Source: Alistipes sp. (GTDB lineage Bacteria > Bacteroidota > Bacteroidia > Bacteroidales > Rikenellaceae). From it: a DNA stretch of 43,026 bases. The translations under genes were made by a program, and so were the position numbers. This document shows, piece by piece, positions 17,935-27,179 of this stretch (position 1 is the first letter of the stretch; every line of letters starts with the position of its first letter). Where the stretch lies: positions 1 through 43,026 of the forward strand of contig JAFWBN010000092.1 of NCBI GenBank assembly GCA_017507075.1. Reading direction: 5' to 3'. The notes beneath the pieces were generated by a model, which worked only from the letters and a program-made list of their open reading frames with translations, made no database searches and had not been told where the DNA came from.

Positions 17935-20268
17935 ATGAGACGATTTTTTACAATTTTAGCGGCATTATTCGTATTTGTAGGCTGCTCACAAGATGATGTT
18001 GTAACTCCAAATACACCAATCGAAAAACCGACTTACTACGCATCTTTTGCAGATGCAGAGGCTGACAGTCGTACATATCTCGATGAAAATTTCATGCTTT
18101 TGTGGCACAATGATGACCGTATTTCGCTCTTTGCTACCACCTATAATGAGGAGTATGCCTTTGCTGATGCAACGGGTAGTAATTCGGGTGCATTTAATGC
18201 CGTAGATAAGGATAGCTATGTAACAGGCAACGCCATTTCTACAACCTATGCCGTCTATCCTTATAATGCAGCCAATGCAATCTCCAATAGCGAGATTCTG
18301 ACAATCCATTTCCCTGCCGAGCAGAGCTATGCAGAAGATTCATTTGGTAGAGGAGCAAATACTATGGTTGCCGCGGCACAAAGCTCGTCAAGTAAGCTGC
18401 TGCCTTTCCGAAATGCGGGAGGTTATATGGTACTCAAACTCTATGGCGAGAATAAAACGGTTAAGAGTATTGAACTTAAAGGAAACAATGAAGAGGTTAT
18501 CTCAGGTGCAGCAACGGCTGAGGCTAAATATGGCTATCTTCCATTGATTACTATGGGTGCAGAGGGAGGCAAGACCATTACACTCACTTGCCAAAACGCA
18601 GTTGAACTTGGCGCAACCGAGGCAGAGGCTACAACCTTCTGGATTGTTGTTCCACCAATTACCTTTGAAGAGGGCTTTACAATCACTGTAACCGATGCAG
18701 ACGGCGGTACCTATACCAAATCCACAAGCAAACCAACCACCATCACTCGTAACGAGATTAAATCCATGTCAGCCCTTGCTCCGACCTTTACCGGAGAGAC
18801 TGAGAATCCAGAGAATACTAAACCTGCAAATAACGAGATTTGGTACACCTCTACTGACGGAAATATCGTCGAGCCATACGACTCAACAGGTTTTGGCGCG
18901 AATATTATTTCAAACACCTACGAAAATGGCAAGGGTATAATCACTTTTGACGGCGAGGTAACGAAGATTGGAAATTATGCTTTCAGGTATTGCTCTAGTT
19001 TGACAAGTATTACTATTCCTAATAATGTAACTACTATTGGAAATGAAGCCTTTTATTCTTGTATGAATTTGAGCTCGGTATATTGTAAGGCGTTAGTTCC
19101 TCCTACTTTGGGTGAGTATGTATTCTACTATTGGAATTCTGACAAAGAGAAAAAATGGCCTTTAGGATGCGTTAAGTATGTGCCAAATGATTCATTAACT
19201 CTATATAAAAGTACATCTGGTTGGGGTAGTTCATACGGATATAATTATGATGTAATCTCGACTATTACTTACACAACTTCGGATTTTGAGGTTATTGTTG
19301 CTGACCTCCCAATTATGTCAAATACCTATAGTAATGGTGTTGGAGAATTAATATTTTATGGTGATTTAGGTTCACTATCATCAAATGTTTTCTATAAAAA
19401 TGTGAATCTCGCAAGTTTTGGTGGTGCATATGCGTCTGCAGATGGTCGAAGTTTGATTGTTGACGGAATTCTATTTGCTATAGCCCCATATGGCTTAAGT
19501 GAGTATAGTATTCCTAGTGGGGTTCATACAATTATTGCTAATGCTTTCAGTGGATGTAATCAGCTTTCTAGTATAACTATTCCTCAAAGCGTTACAGACA
19601 TCAAGAATAATGCGTTTGCTAATTGTAATGCGCTGTCATCCATTATTTGTTATGCGACTACCCCTCCTACAATTGCTGAGGGCGTATTTACATGTGATTC
19701 AGCAACATTTTATATTAATGTGCCTCAGGATTATATTGCTGACTATATCGCAGATCCTTATTGGAGTATATATGAATCATATATATTAGCAATCTCAGAT
19801 AGATCAAAATATGAAATTGGAGATTTGGTATCATATAATGGATCTGAAGGTGTTGTCTTCTTTGTGAGTGAAACAGTGGTTATGCTTTTATCAACAGATA
19901 GGACAACTTCAAATTGGGGCTTGTATGGAACTAAAATTGGTGCTGAAGACTCTTATAATGGCCGCAATAATGTAATAGTTGCTAAAGAAAAAGGTTATTT
20001 TAATTCATTGCCTCATTTTGTGTGGTGCGAAAATTATGGAGATGGTTGGTATTTACCAGCCAGTGGTGAACTGAAATTGGTCCGTTCAGTATATAGTACG
20101 ATTAGCGAAACGATGACTAATAATGGTTTTGAGGGGATTGATGGTTATTATCGTTCATCTACAGAGTATGGATATTTTGATGCATTGATTGTTAGTTTGA
20201 CTTCAGAATCTACAGGTGCTGTAAGCAAAAATGACATATATAATGTGCGAGCAATTACGGCATTTTAA
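17935..20268 (+). CDS. Fimbrillin-like lipoprotein with BspA-type LRRs and a C-terminal DUF1566/C-type-lectin-like domain
   Basis: Lipobox FVGC, DSR-T, WHNDDRISLF, YAVYPY and FWIVVPP; LRR_5-type IGNYAFRYCSSLTSITIP; C-terminal WYLPASGEL...SSTE...VRAITAF. Confidence 0.8.
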   Translation: MRRFFTILAALFVFVGCSQDDVVTPNTPIEKPTYYASFADAEADSRTYLDENFMLLWHNDDRISLFATTYNEEYAFADATGSNSGAFNAVDKDSYVTGNAISTTYAVYPYNAANAISNSEILTIHFPAEQSYAEDSFGRGANTMVAAAQSSSSKLLPFRNAGGYMVLKLYGENKTVKSIELKGNNEEVISGAATAEAKYGYLPLITMGAEGGKTITLTCQNAVELGATEAEATTFWIVVPPITFEEGFTITVTDADGGTYTKSTSKPTTITRNEIKSMSALAPTFTGETENPENTKPANNEIWYTSTDGNIVEPYDSTGFGANIISNTYENGKGIITFDGEVTKIGNYAFRYCSSLTSITIPNNVTTIGNEAFYSCMNLSSVYCKALVPPTLGEYVFYYWNSDKEKKWPLGCVKYVPNDSLTLYKSTSGWGSSYGYNYDVISTITYTTSDFEVIVADLPIMSNTYSNGVGELIFYGDLGSLSSNVFYKNVNLASFGGAYASADGRSLIVDGILFAIAPYGLSEYSIPSGVHTIIANAFSGCNQLSSITIPQSVTDIKNNAFANCNALSSIICYATTPPTIAEGVFTCDSATFYINVPQDYIADYIADPYWSIYESYILAISDRSKYEIGDLVSYNGSEGVVFFVSETVVMLLSTDRTTSNWGLYGTKIGAEDSYNGRNNVIVAKEKGYFNSLPHFVWCENYGDGWYLPASGELKLVRSVYSTISETMTNNGFEGIDGYYRSSTEYGYFDALIVSLTSESTGAVSKNDIYNVRAITAF

Positions 20269-20325
20269 TTTGATACCAAAGTCTGATAATTAAATATTGC
20301 TTCAAATATCCAAAATTATTCTAAC

Positions 20326-20670
20326 ACAAAGGGCGGAATGCACCTCCCTTTGTTATAAAGAATGTCGCTACAAATTAAAACTCATTTGATTATCAGCCCC
20401 TCTCTAATACTTTATATTATTTAGGCGTATGTAGATTGCACTGCATACGCCTTTATAAAGAGATTTAAGAAAAAGAAGGATATCGAGATTTTCGGTATCC
20501 TTCTTCATATACTACGCCCAGCATAGGCATATTATAAAGAGGAAGCTTACGCTCCGAGAAAGTAAGCCTCTGATAAAATGCATATTGTAGCGGGCACTTT
20601 TAGTACTCCCAAATATTAACTCAATTGTGGCGTATGTAGTTAACGGTGTAGTTCCTGCATACGCCACTTT
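20326..20670. repeat. Cluster of about five hairpins/terminators between convergent genes
   Basis: Inverted repeats at 20326-20353, 20423-20452, 20473-20505, 20539-20570 and 20627-20667; two share GGCGTATGTAG...CTGCATACGCC arms. Confidence 0.7.
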
Positions 20671-20675
20671 TATTC

Positions 20676-21689
20676 TCAATGCATCTTTGGAAAGAGTTTC
20701 AGATTATCTGCACTTGGGCTCAGTTCTCCGCGCTCTATACGATGGATAATATCCACCACGCAGTCGTTTATAGGTGTTGGGCAGCCGACCTTGCGGCCAT
20801 AGGCTGAAACGGCACCGTTGATAGCATCGACCTCTGTAAGTTTACCCTTTTCGAGGTCTTGCAGCATGCTTGCCTTAAGTTTTGCATGTTTTCGGATAGC
20901 TATAGGGATAATAAATAGTGAGATTGCCTTTTTCAGTCCACTCTTATAATCCAAAAGTTTGACTATATCCTTACCCTGAACAGGCTCTATACGGATAGAT
21001 GCTGCGGCGCAGACATCGATACACTCCTTAATCAGGGCCTGCACTATTTTGCGTGATGCTTTAGGAGCTGCGGCCTGACCAAAAGTGCAACCAAGCACGG
21101 CACTCATACCCGAAAAAGAGGCATTTATGAGCAGTTTACTCCAGCGAGTACCTATAAAGTTCTCCTCAATATCGACACTCCCCATCATCTCCAACAGCCT
21201 TTTAACCTCGCCAATGTGTTTACTCTTCTTATCCGAGATTGAGCCTAACGAGAACGACAGTGCATCAGGTGCGCTTGTAAGTTCACACACTCCTGGTTGC
21301 AACATCGTTGCGCCCCATGCCACAGTTCAGCCAAGCACTCTCTCTTCTCCCAAAATTTCCGCAATCTGCACCTCTGGCAGACCATTTTGGAAGGTTACAA
21401 GCACGCCATCTGCAGCAAGATACTCTTTAAGGCTGCTGACAACCTGAGCATTGTATTGCTGTTTGGTCATAAGGAAAATAATATCATACACTCCGCTCAT
21501 TTTATCAGGAGTATAAGCCTCTACGCTCTGCGTAAATTGCATAGTACCAACAACTTGAGCCCCTGAATTCTGAAGTGCCTCAATATGTGCTTTATTTCTA
21601 TTTATAAGTTCTATTTTCTCGCCCGCTTTGCTGATAAATGCGCCGAGAATTGTGCCGAGCGAACCGGCTCCATATATTGCTACTCTCAT
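20676..21689 (-). pseudogene. panE: 2-dehydropantoate 2-reductase (PanE/ApbA) interrupted by one in-frame TGA at 21327-21329
   Basis: GAGSLG, FLMTK, FQNG, RWSKLLINA and SMLQDLEKGKLTEVDAING motifs. The two track ORFs are in the same frame: ...ERVLG-TGA-TVAWGAT... Confidence 0.75.
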
Positions 21690-21708
21690 AATTTTGAGTT
21701 TTTTATTT

Positions 21709-22011
21709 CTAATCTATTGTCTCAATATAAAAACTCAAGGGGCGGAAGCCATCGTTGCAAGATAGCATTGCCGAGTGAGGATTTTTCATCCAACCATCAA
21801 AAAAGTTACCACCGCCTAAGGCAAGCTGCTCAATAAACGGTAGCAGCGTCTGCCACGCGCTATCGCACATCTCAGCAGGTTTGGTGCAGTTTTCAACCAC
21901 AAAACTCTGCCCAAGATGCATATCGCAGGTGTGTTCAATAGGATTTTCGTACTGCATCATCAAATCAGGATACTCTGTAATACGCATCACAGTTATCTTT
22001 ATCCGTTTCAT
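21709..22011 (-). CDS. TIGR04076-family small protein
   Basis: YENPIEHTCDM...GGGNFFDGWMKNP..AMLSCNDGFRP signature. Confidence 0.75.
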   Translation of the reverse strand: MKRIKITVMRITEYPDLMMQYENPIEHTCDMHLGQSFVVENCTKPAEMCDSAWQTLLPFIEQLALGGGNFFDGWMKNPHSAMLSCNDGFRPLSFYIETID

Positions 22012-22015
22012 AGGC

Positions 22016-23737
22016 CTACTGTTTGCTTAAATACAACTCTGCAAGAGGGATTACAACCAAAACATCCAACAGCGCAAGCATCAACACTACACCAAAAGCA
22101 CCTATTGTAAGTGCCATAGTAAGGGCATACAAGAACGAAAGTGCATGCAGAAGTATCAATGCAATTGCAAGTAGCAACAACGCTTTTATCTTTACAATTC
22201 TATATGTTACAACCGACAGCGTCGCTGCAAAAAGCGGGATAAAGAACATTAGGTTCTCGCGAATAAATACCAACAGCAAACAACTCAAAACAAGCAAGAG
22301 GGTAAGAGTTCCATAGAGCTTATTGGTCGTATATATCTGTACAGCAGATGCACCTGCACTTGCTCTCAGGCTGTTAGATGTGTGTCTAAAAATATCTTTT
22401 CTCTGCAGAATATGCACCACTGATGCAACGACAACCATTACCACCGCAGAGACAATCATTACCGCATTATCAAAAGTAACACCCTGCACTATTCCGAACA
22501 TTTTGAAAGAAGCTCCTGCAATAGCTGAGCAGAGATAGGCTATAACCTCTCCTACAACAAGCGCAAGCAATGCAGACAGCAGCGTTTTCAGTGTCTGAGA
22601 TAGAGCCTTTGCCACTTGCACACGCCCACGCAGAGACTCAACAGCAAAGCTGAGTATAAACAGCACAAAAATAGCGATATTCAACCACAGATACCCACTC
22701 CACTGAAAGTTAAAGAGACCTAAAAGCGGCAGTGTAAAGTTTATGGTGTCTCTATCCGACTTAAGGTAGTTGAGCTCTGAAAACTTCTCCTCAGTCAGAT
22801 ATTTATGCACGATAGGCGCGATTTGAGAGCCGTAGTGCTGTATAGATTTAGGATTGATATTGTCAAAATTATCAAGGTCTGTATGATAGTGGTTTATATC
22901 GGCAATAGTCGAGAAGTTCATGCCCGGAATTTCATCCTTCACAATAGTAAAATCGGTAAAATTTGGCATAAAGTTATAGACCACTGTTGTCAGCGAGTAT
23001 GTAAATGGATACTCGGCTGCTGTCTTGTATAGCTCCATAAGTCTCTCATTACCAGGCGAGGTCTCAAAGAGTAGCGCAGGACCAAAAGGACCGCGAGCCT
23101 CGATATTTATCATAAAGCCTACATCCTTAAAAACCTCTCTATTGTTCTGCCACATAGCCTTCATACCCTTCATACCGACCTCTTCGGCATCGGTAAAGAG
23201 GACTTTTACACCCTGCTTCCAGCTATCTCTGTATTTTAGAGCCTGAGTTACACTCTCAAGGATAACACCTACACCATAGCCATCATCCGCCGCGCCATAA
23301 GACCAAACGGTATCCTGCTTTGGCATAGGCTGCGAGTAGCGCGAGTCATAATGTGCAACAAGTAGCAAAAAAGTTTGAGCCTCTGACGCCTGCTTACAAT
23401 TAAATGTTGCTAAGACATTTGTTGCATCAAAGGTATATGTTACATGCTTATTCTCAGGACCTGTAAGAGATTTATACTCAAATAGTTCTACAGTGTCAGC
23501 CCCAATTTCACTGAGCCTTTTAACAAGGTAATCTCGAACAACCTTTCGCTCTACAGGATGTGCTACCGAGTGGTGATGCTTAGATATCTCTCTAATATCT
23601 TCAACCACTCTCTCGGCTGAAAATTGGGACGAAGTTGCCTTTTGTACTTGCGGAGTTGAACCAACGCCAAACGCTACCAACCCCACAATGACCACAACTA
23701 CCAAAAAAATACAAAATCTTACTCTGTTCATACTCAT
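22016..23737 (-). CDS. M28-family metallopeptidase with a C-terminal multi-TM domain
   Basis: AHYDS, GAADDG, FTDAEE, INIEARG, TDF and YHT motifs; hydrophobic C-terminal third. Confidence 0.88.
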   Translation of the reverse strand: MSMNRVRFCIFLVVVVIVGLVAFGVGSTPQVQKATSSQFSAERVVEDIREISKHHHSVAHPVERKVVRDYLVKRLSEIGADTVELFEYKSLTGPENKHVTYTFDATNVLATFNCKQASEAQTFLLLVAHYDSRYSQPMPKQDTVWSYGAADDGYGVGVILESVTQALKYRDSWKQGVKVLFTDAEEVGMKGMKAMWQNNREVFKDVGFMINIEARGPFGPALLFETSPGNERLMELYKTAAEYPFTYSLTTVVYNFMPNFTDFTIVKDEIPGMNFSTIADINHYHTDLDNFDNINPKSIQHYGSQIAPIVHKYLTEEKFSELNYLKSDRDTINFTLPLLGLFNFQWSGYLWLNIAIFVLFILSFAVESLRGRVQVAKALSQTLKTLLSALLALVVGEVIAYLCSAIAGASFKMFGIVQGVTFDNAVMIVSAVVMVVVASVVHILQRKDIFRHTSNSLRASAGASAVQIYTTNKLYGTLTLLLVLSCLLLVFIRENLMFFIPLFAATLSVVTYRIVKIKALLLLAIALILLHALSFLYALTMALTIGAFGVVLMLALLDVLVVIPLAELYLSKQ

Positions 23738-23758
23738 CTATTTAGTCTGTTCGGATAG

Positions 23759-23834
23759 CAAATATACAAAATTATCACAAAATTAAAAACTGATTTATAT
23801 TTGTTTGAAAAGTAAATTTTGTTTATTACCTTTG
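23759..23834. promoter_or_regulatory. Divergent Bacteroidetes promoters
   Basis: TATATTTG on the minus strand (23759-23766); TTTG(23804)-19 nt-TACCTTTG(23827-23834) on the plus strand. Confidence 0.6.
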
Positions 23835-23874
23835 TATGAATATTTATACATTGACAAACCTAAAAACCTGATAT

Positions 23875-24912
23875 ATGAAAGTTGTATGCGTAGGTGATAC
23901 TTATATCACCGATCAAATGATGAGAGATGGTGTCAGCCCGCTGCTTGGCAAGGATGACAGTATAGAGGTGTTCTTTTTCGGAGACCCGGACAAGACAAAG
24001 ATGCGCGATATTGCAAAGGATATCGAGGCAGGCAAGCGTGAGGAGATTGCCGTTCCGGAGGGCCTTTTAGAGGCGGTTGCTGATGCAGAGCTTCTTATAG
24101 TTCACCTCTGTCCTGTAAACAAAAATCTTATAGAGGGAGCACCTCAGCTAAAGGCTATAATGAGTTGCCGCGGCGGTTTGGAGAATCTCGATGTTACAAC
24201 AGCCACAGAGCATGGTATTATTATCTCAAACAACCCTGCACACAATGCCAATGCCGTTGCCGAGTTTACAATCGGACTTATCCTCTCTGAGACTCGAAAT
24301 ATAGCACGCTCAAATATGGCTCTGCGCATGGGAGAGTGGCGTACTATATATCCGAATACAGCAACTACAATAAAAGAGATGACCGATATGACTGTAGGTA
24401 TTGTCGGTTATGGTTCTATTGGCCGTTTAGTGGCTCACAAACTCTCTGTATTTGGTTGCAAAATTATCGTTGCAGACCCATTTGTCAAGAGTTGCAAAGA
24501 GGATTATGTTACCCTTGTATCTATGGACGAGCTGCTTGAGCAGGCAGATATTATCACTCTACATGCTCGCGCTAAGGGTGCTGTGATGACTGACCGCGAG
24601 TTTAACATGATGAAACAAAACTCTTATCTTATCAACACCGCCCGCTCTTATTTAGTGGATGCTGAGGCTTTCCAGCGAGCTATGGATAGTGGCAAGTTGC
24701 TTGGTGCTGCTTTTGATGTATTTGAGACTGAGCCTGTTATTCCTGAGTTCTATCGCAAGTATGACAATATAACCCTTACCTGCCACTGTGGAGGACTTAC
24801 AATAAACTCATACCGCGATGCTCCTATATATGCCATCAAAAACTACTTGAACTATAAAAACGGCGTTGATGAGCTTGGTTTCTGGGTAAACAGACAACAG
24901 CTGCAGAAATAA
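23875..24912 (+). CDS. D-isomer-specific 2-hydroxyacid dehydrogenase (SerA-like)
   Basis: AVAEFTIGLIL, GIVGYGSIG, LINTAR, DVFETEP and a catalytic His in TCHCGG. Confidence 0.88.
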   Translation: MKVVCVGDTYITDQMMRDGVSPLLGKDDSIEVFFFGDPDKTKMRDIAKDIEAGKREEIAVPEGLLEAVADAELLIVHLCPVNKNLIEGAPQLKAIMSCRGGLENLDVTTATEHGIIISNNPAHNANAVAEFTIGLILSETRNIARSNMALRMGEWRTIYPNTATTIKEMTDMTVGIVGYGSIGRLVAHKLSVFGCKIIVADPFVKSCKEDYVTLVSMDELLEQADIITLHARAKGAVMTDREFNMMKQNSYLINTARSYLVDAEAFQRAMDSGKLLGAAFDVFETEPVIPEFYRKYDNITLTCHCGGLTINSYRDAPIYAIKNYLNYKNGVDELGFWVNRQQLQK

Positions 24913-24935
24913 TTTATCTTTAACCTAAAACTTAT

Positions 24936-25751
24936 ATGAACTCTATTCTTACTTCCCGCCCTGAACTAAAGAGGGCTCTTGATTCAGTCGCCGAAGTTGC
25001 CGGATATCTATGGCAAAAAGGCTGGGCTGAGCGTAATGGAGGCAACCTTACACTCAATATCACCGAGTTTGTGGATGACGATATGCGTGCTATGCCAGCC
25101 ATAAGTAAGGTACTGCCTATTGGTGTTACGCTACCTTACCTGAAGGGTTGCTACTTCTACTGCAAAGGTACCGGAAAGCGTATGCGCGACCTTGCTCGCG
25201 ATCCTATGAGTGCAGGTAGTATTGTCCGCATTTTGGACGACTGCGCAAGCTATGAAATTATAGCCGATGCTGTTATTGTTCCAACCTCAGAGATTTCATC
25301 ACATCTGGCAATTCAGAACTATATGTTAGAGAGCGGTAGTGGTTATAAGGCTACACTCCATACTCATCCAATTGAGTTGGTTGCGCTGTCTCACTCTAAA
25401 GAATTTCTTGATTCTGAACACCTTACACAGGTATTATGGTCAATGATTCCAGAGACTCTTGCTTTTGCACCTCTTGGTATAGGTGTTGTGCCTTACGCGC
25501 TACCATCATCTACAGAGCTTGTGGCTCCGACAATGGAGCAGATTAAGCGATATGATGTCGTGCTTTGGGAAAAACATGGAACAGTAGCCGTTGCACCCGA
25601 TATGATGGAGGCCTTTGACCAGACAGATGTGCTAAATAAGGCTGCTTGTATATACATGACCGCCAAAAACTTCGGATTTACAGCCGAGGGTATGACCCCT
25701 GAGGCTGTGCAAGAGATTAGAGAGGTCTTTAACCTTCCAAACAAACGATAA
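24936..25751 (+). CDS. rhaD: Rhamnulose-1-phosphate aldolase
   Basis: WQKGWAERNGGN, PTSE, HTHP, LWSMIPE and WEKHG motifs. Confidence 0.93.
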   Translation: MNSILTSRPELKRALDSVAEVAGYLWQKGWAERNGGNLTLNITEFVDDDMRAMPAISKVLPIGVTLPYLKGCYFYCKGTGKRMRDLARDPMSAGSIVRILDDCASYEIIADAVIVPTSEISSHLAIQNYMLESGSGYKATLHTHPIELVALSHSKEFLDSEHLTQVLWSMIPETLAFAPLGIGVVPYALPSSTELVAPTMEQIKRYDVVLWEKHGTVAVAPDMMEAFDQTDVLNKAACIYMTAKNFGFTAEGMTPEAVQEIREVFNLPNKR

Positions 25752-25753
25752 CC

Positions 25754-26530
25754 ATGAAGAGAATTATAACCATTTTTTCTATTGTCCTTTTGTCGCTCTG
25801 CGCATGCACAAAACAGAACCATCAGGTAAAAATTTTGGCTCACCGAGGCAATGCAAGCACAGGTAGTGAGTTTACAACTGACGAAAATACCCTTGAGGCT
25901 CTGCGTAGAGCACAAGAACTGAATTTTGATGGATGCGAGTTTGATGTCCACCTCACCGCAGATGGAGAGCTGGTAATACATCACGACAATAAACTTGCTC
26001 CGGGACTCACTTGCCAAGGAAACACCCTTGAGGAGATTCGCGCACACAAACTTCCGTTTGGCCACCAAGTTCCAACCCTCAGAGAGTGGCTTGTACAGGC
26101 CAAAAAGAGCCCGAATATGAAGCAAATGCTTGAGATTAAGGCTCATAAAGCAGACCGCGAAACAGAACTTATTACAAAGTCTCTGGAGATTATCCGTGAA
26201 CTTGATATGCTTGACCAGATGTATATGCTCTCGTTTAAGACCTCTACCGTTGACGAGGTGCTGCGCCAAGAGCCAAATATGCGCGTAATTCTTAACTCAA
26301 GCAGCCTCCACCACTCCCTTACTCCTGAAGAGGTGAAGGCGCGCGGATACCATGCAGTATCTTATAATATCAATGTTATCCTCAACCACCCAGAGTGGAT
26401 TGAACAGTTCAAAGAGTACGGTATCGAAACCTTCCTGTGGATGGTAAACTCCCCTTGCACATACAATATCGCAAAAAATCTGGGATTTACATGGGTTACT
26501 ACAGACTTCTATGATGTTATAACAAAGTAA
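25754..26530 (+). CDS. Glycerophosphodiester phosphodiesterase-family lipoprotein
   Basis: Lipobox LCAC; AHRG, ENTL, EFDVHLTADGELVIHHD, LEIK, SF, WMVN and TTD motifs. Confidence 0.9.
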   Translation: MKRIITIFSIVLLSLCACTKQNHQVKILAHRGNASTGSEFTTDENTLEALRRAQELNFDGCEFDVHLTADGELVIHHDNKLAPGLTCQGNTLEEIRAHKLPFGHQVPTLREWLVQAKKSPNMKQMLEIKAHKADRETELITKSLEIIRELDMLDQMYMLSFKTSTVDEVLRQEPNMRVILNSSSLHHSLTPEEVKARGYHAVSYNINVILNHPEWIEQFKEYGIETFLWMVNSPCTYNIAKNLGFTWVTTDFYDVITK

Positions 26531-26591
26531 CTCGCACCCGCTTCAGTACCGCCTAAGTTGTTGTGCTCCTTAATCACTACAAATTTGCACG

Positions 26592-26817
26592 CAAAATAGG
26601 GTCGGCACGAAACTAAAATCCGGCGTAATGCATCAAGCCTTACGCCGGATTTCTGCTTTGTAGAAGGGAGGTTAAATGACAAATAACAGCAAATAACAAT
26701 AAATGACAGCGCGCTATTCTATGTCATTGAGGGCTGAAAGCCCGTTGCTATTAAATGTTATTTTTATCTCCATCGCTCAATTAAAGTTCAACCTCCGCCA
26801 AATTCACGACAAATTAT
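26592..26817. repeat. Composite REP/MITE-like repeat, copy 1 (direct repeat of 33392-33663)
   Basis: AAATCCGGC..GCCGGATTT palindrome, GCGCTATTCTATG..GGGCTGAAAGCCCG module and TTAAAGTTCAACCTCCGCCAAATTCACGACAAATTAT end. Confidence 0.88.
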
Positions 26818-26840
26818 TTTTTATTTCATAAAAACTTTCT

Positions 26841-26848
26841 TAACTTTG
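26841..26848 (+). promoter_or_regulatory. Putative -7 element (TAACTTTG)
   Basis: Consensus match upstream of the small ORF and giant gene pair. Confidence 0.5.
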
Positions 26849-26982
26849 TCCGGATATACGCCTAATTTGTATAAATTTTTAAGAATAAAAACTAAAAACT
26901 TTTACATCGTATCAATAATGTAAACTTTTTTACGAAAAAGTATAAAAACTATTAAACTAAAATAACTTTAATTTTTTATTTC

Positions 26983-27153
26983 ATGAAACAGAAATCTTTT
27001 ATTTTCGGGGGAGGGAAATATTCTACTCCGGAGATTGAACTACTGACAACTCCTGTTGAATGTGGTTTTCAGGGTTCAACATTTTTAGAGAACGGTTCAA
27101 GTAGTAGCAAGTCTATTGCTGATCCGGATGTTGTAACATTAGATTCTTGGTAG
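26983..27153 (+). CDS. 56 aa small protein, YxxP-x9-ExGFxxS family (absent from the ORF track)
   Basis: Manual translation: MKQKSFIFGGGKYSTPEIELLTTPVECGFQGSTFLENGSSSSKSIADPDVVTLDSW; ends 26 nt before the giant lipoprotein ATG. Confidence 0.85.
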   Translation: MKQKSFIFGGGKYSTPEIELLTTPVECGFQGSTFLENGSSSSKSIADPDVVTLDSW

Positions 27154-27179
27154 AAATTAAAAAAAACGACCTAACCACT

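Noticed and set aside
19900-20670. Complete diversity-generating retroelement
   Set aside because: No reverse transcriptase or template repeat was found in the window.
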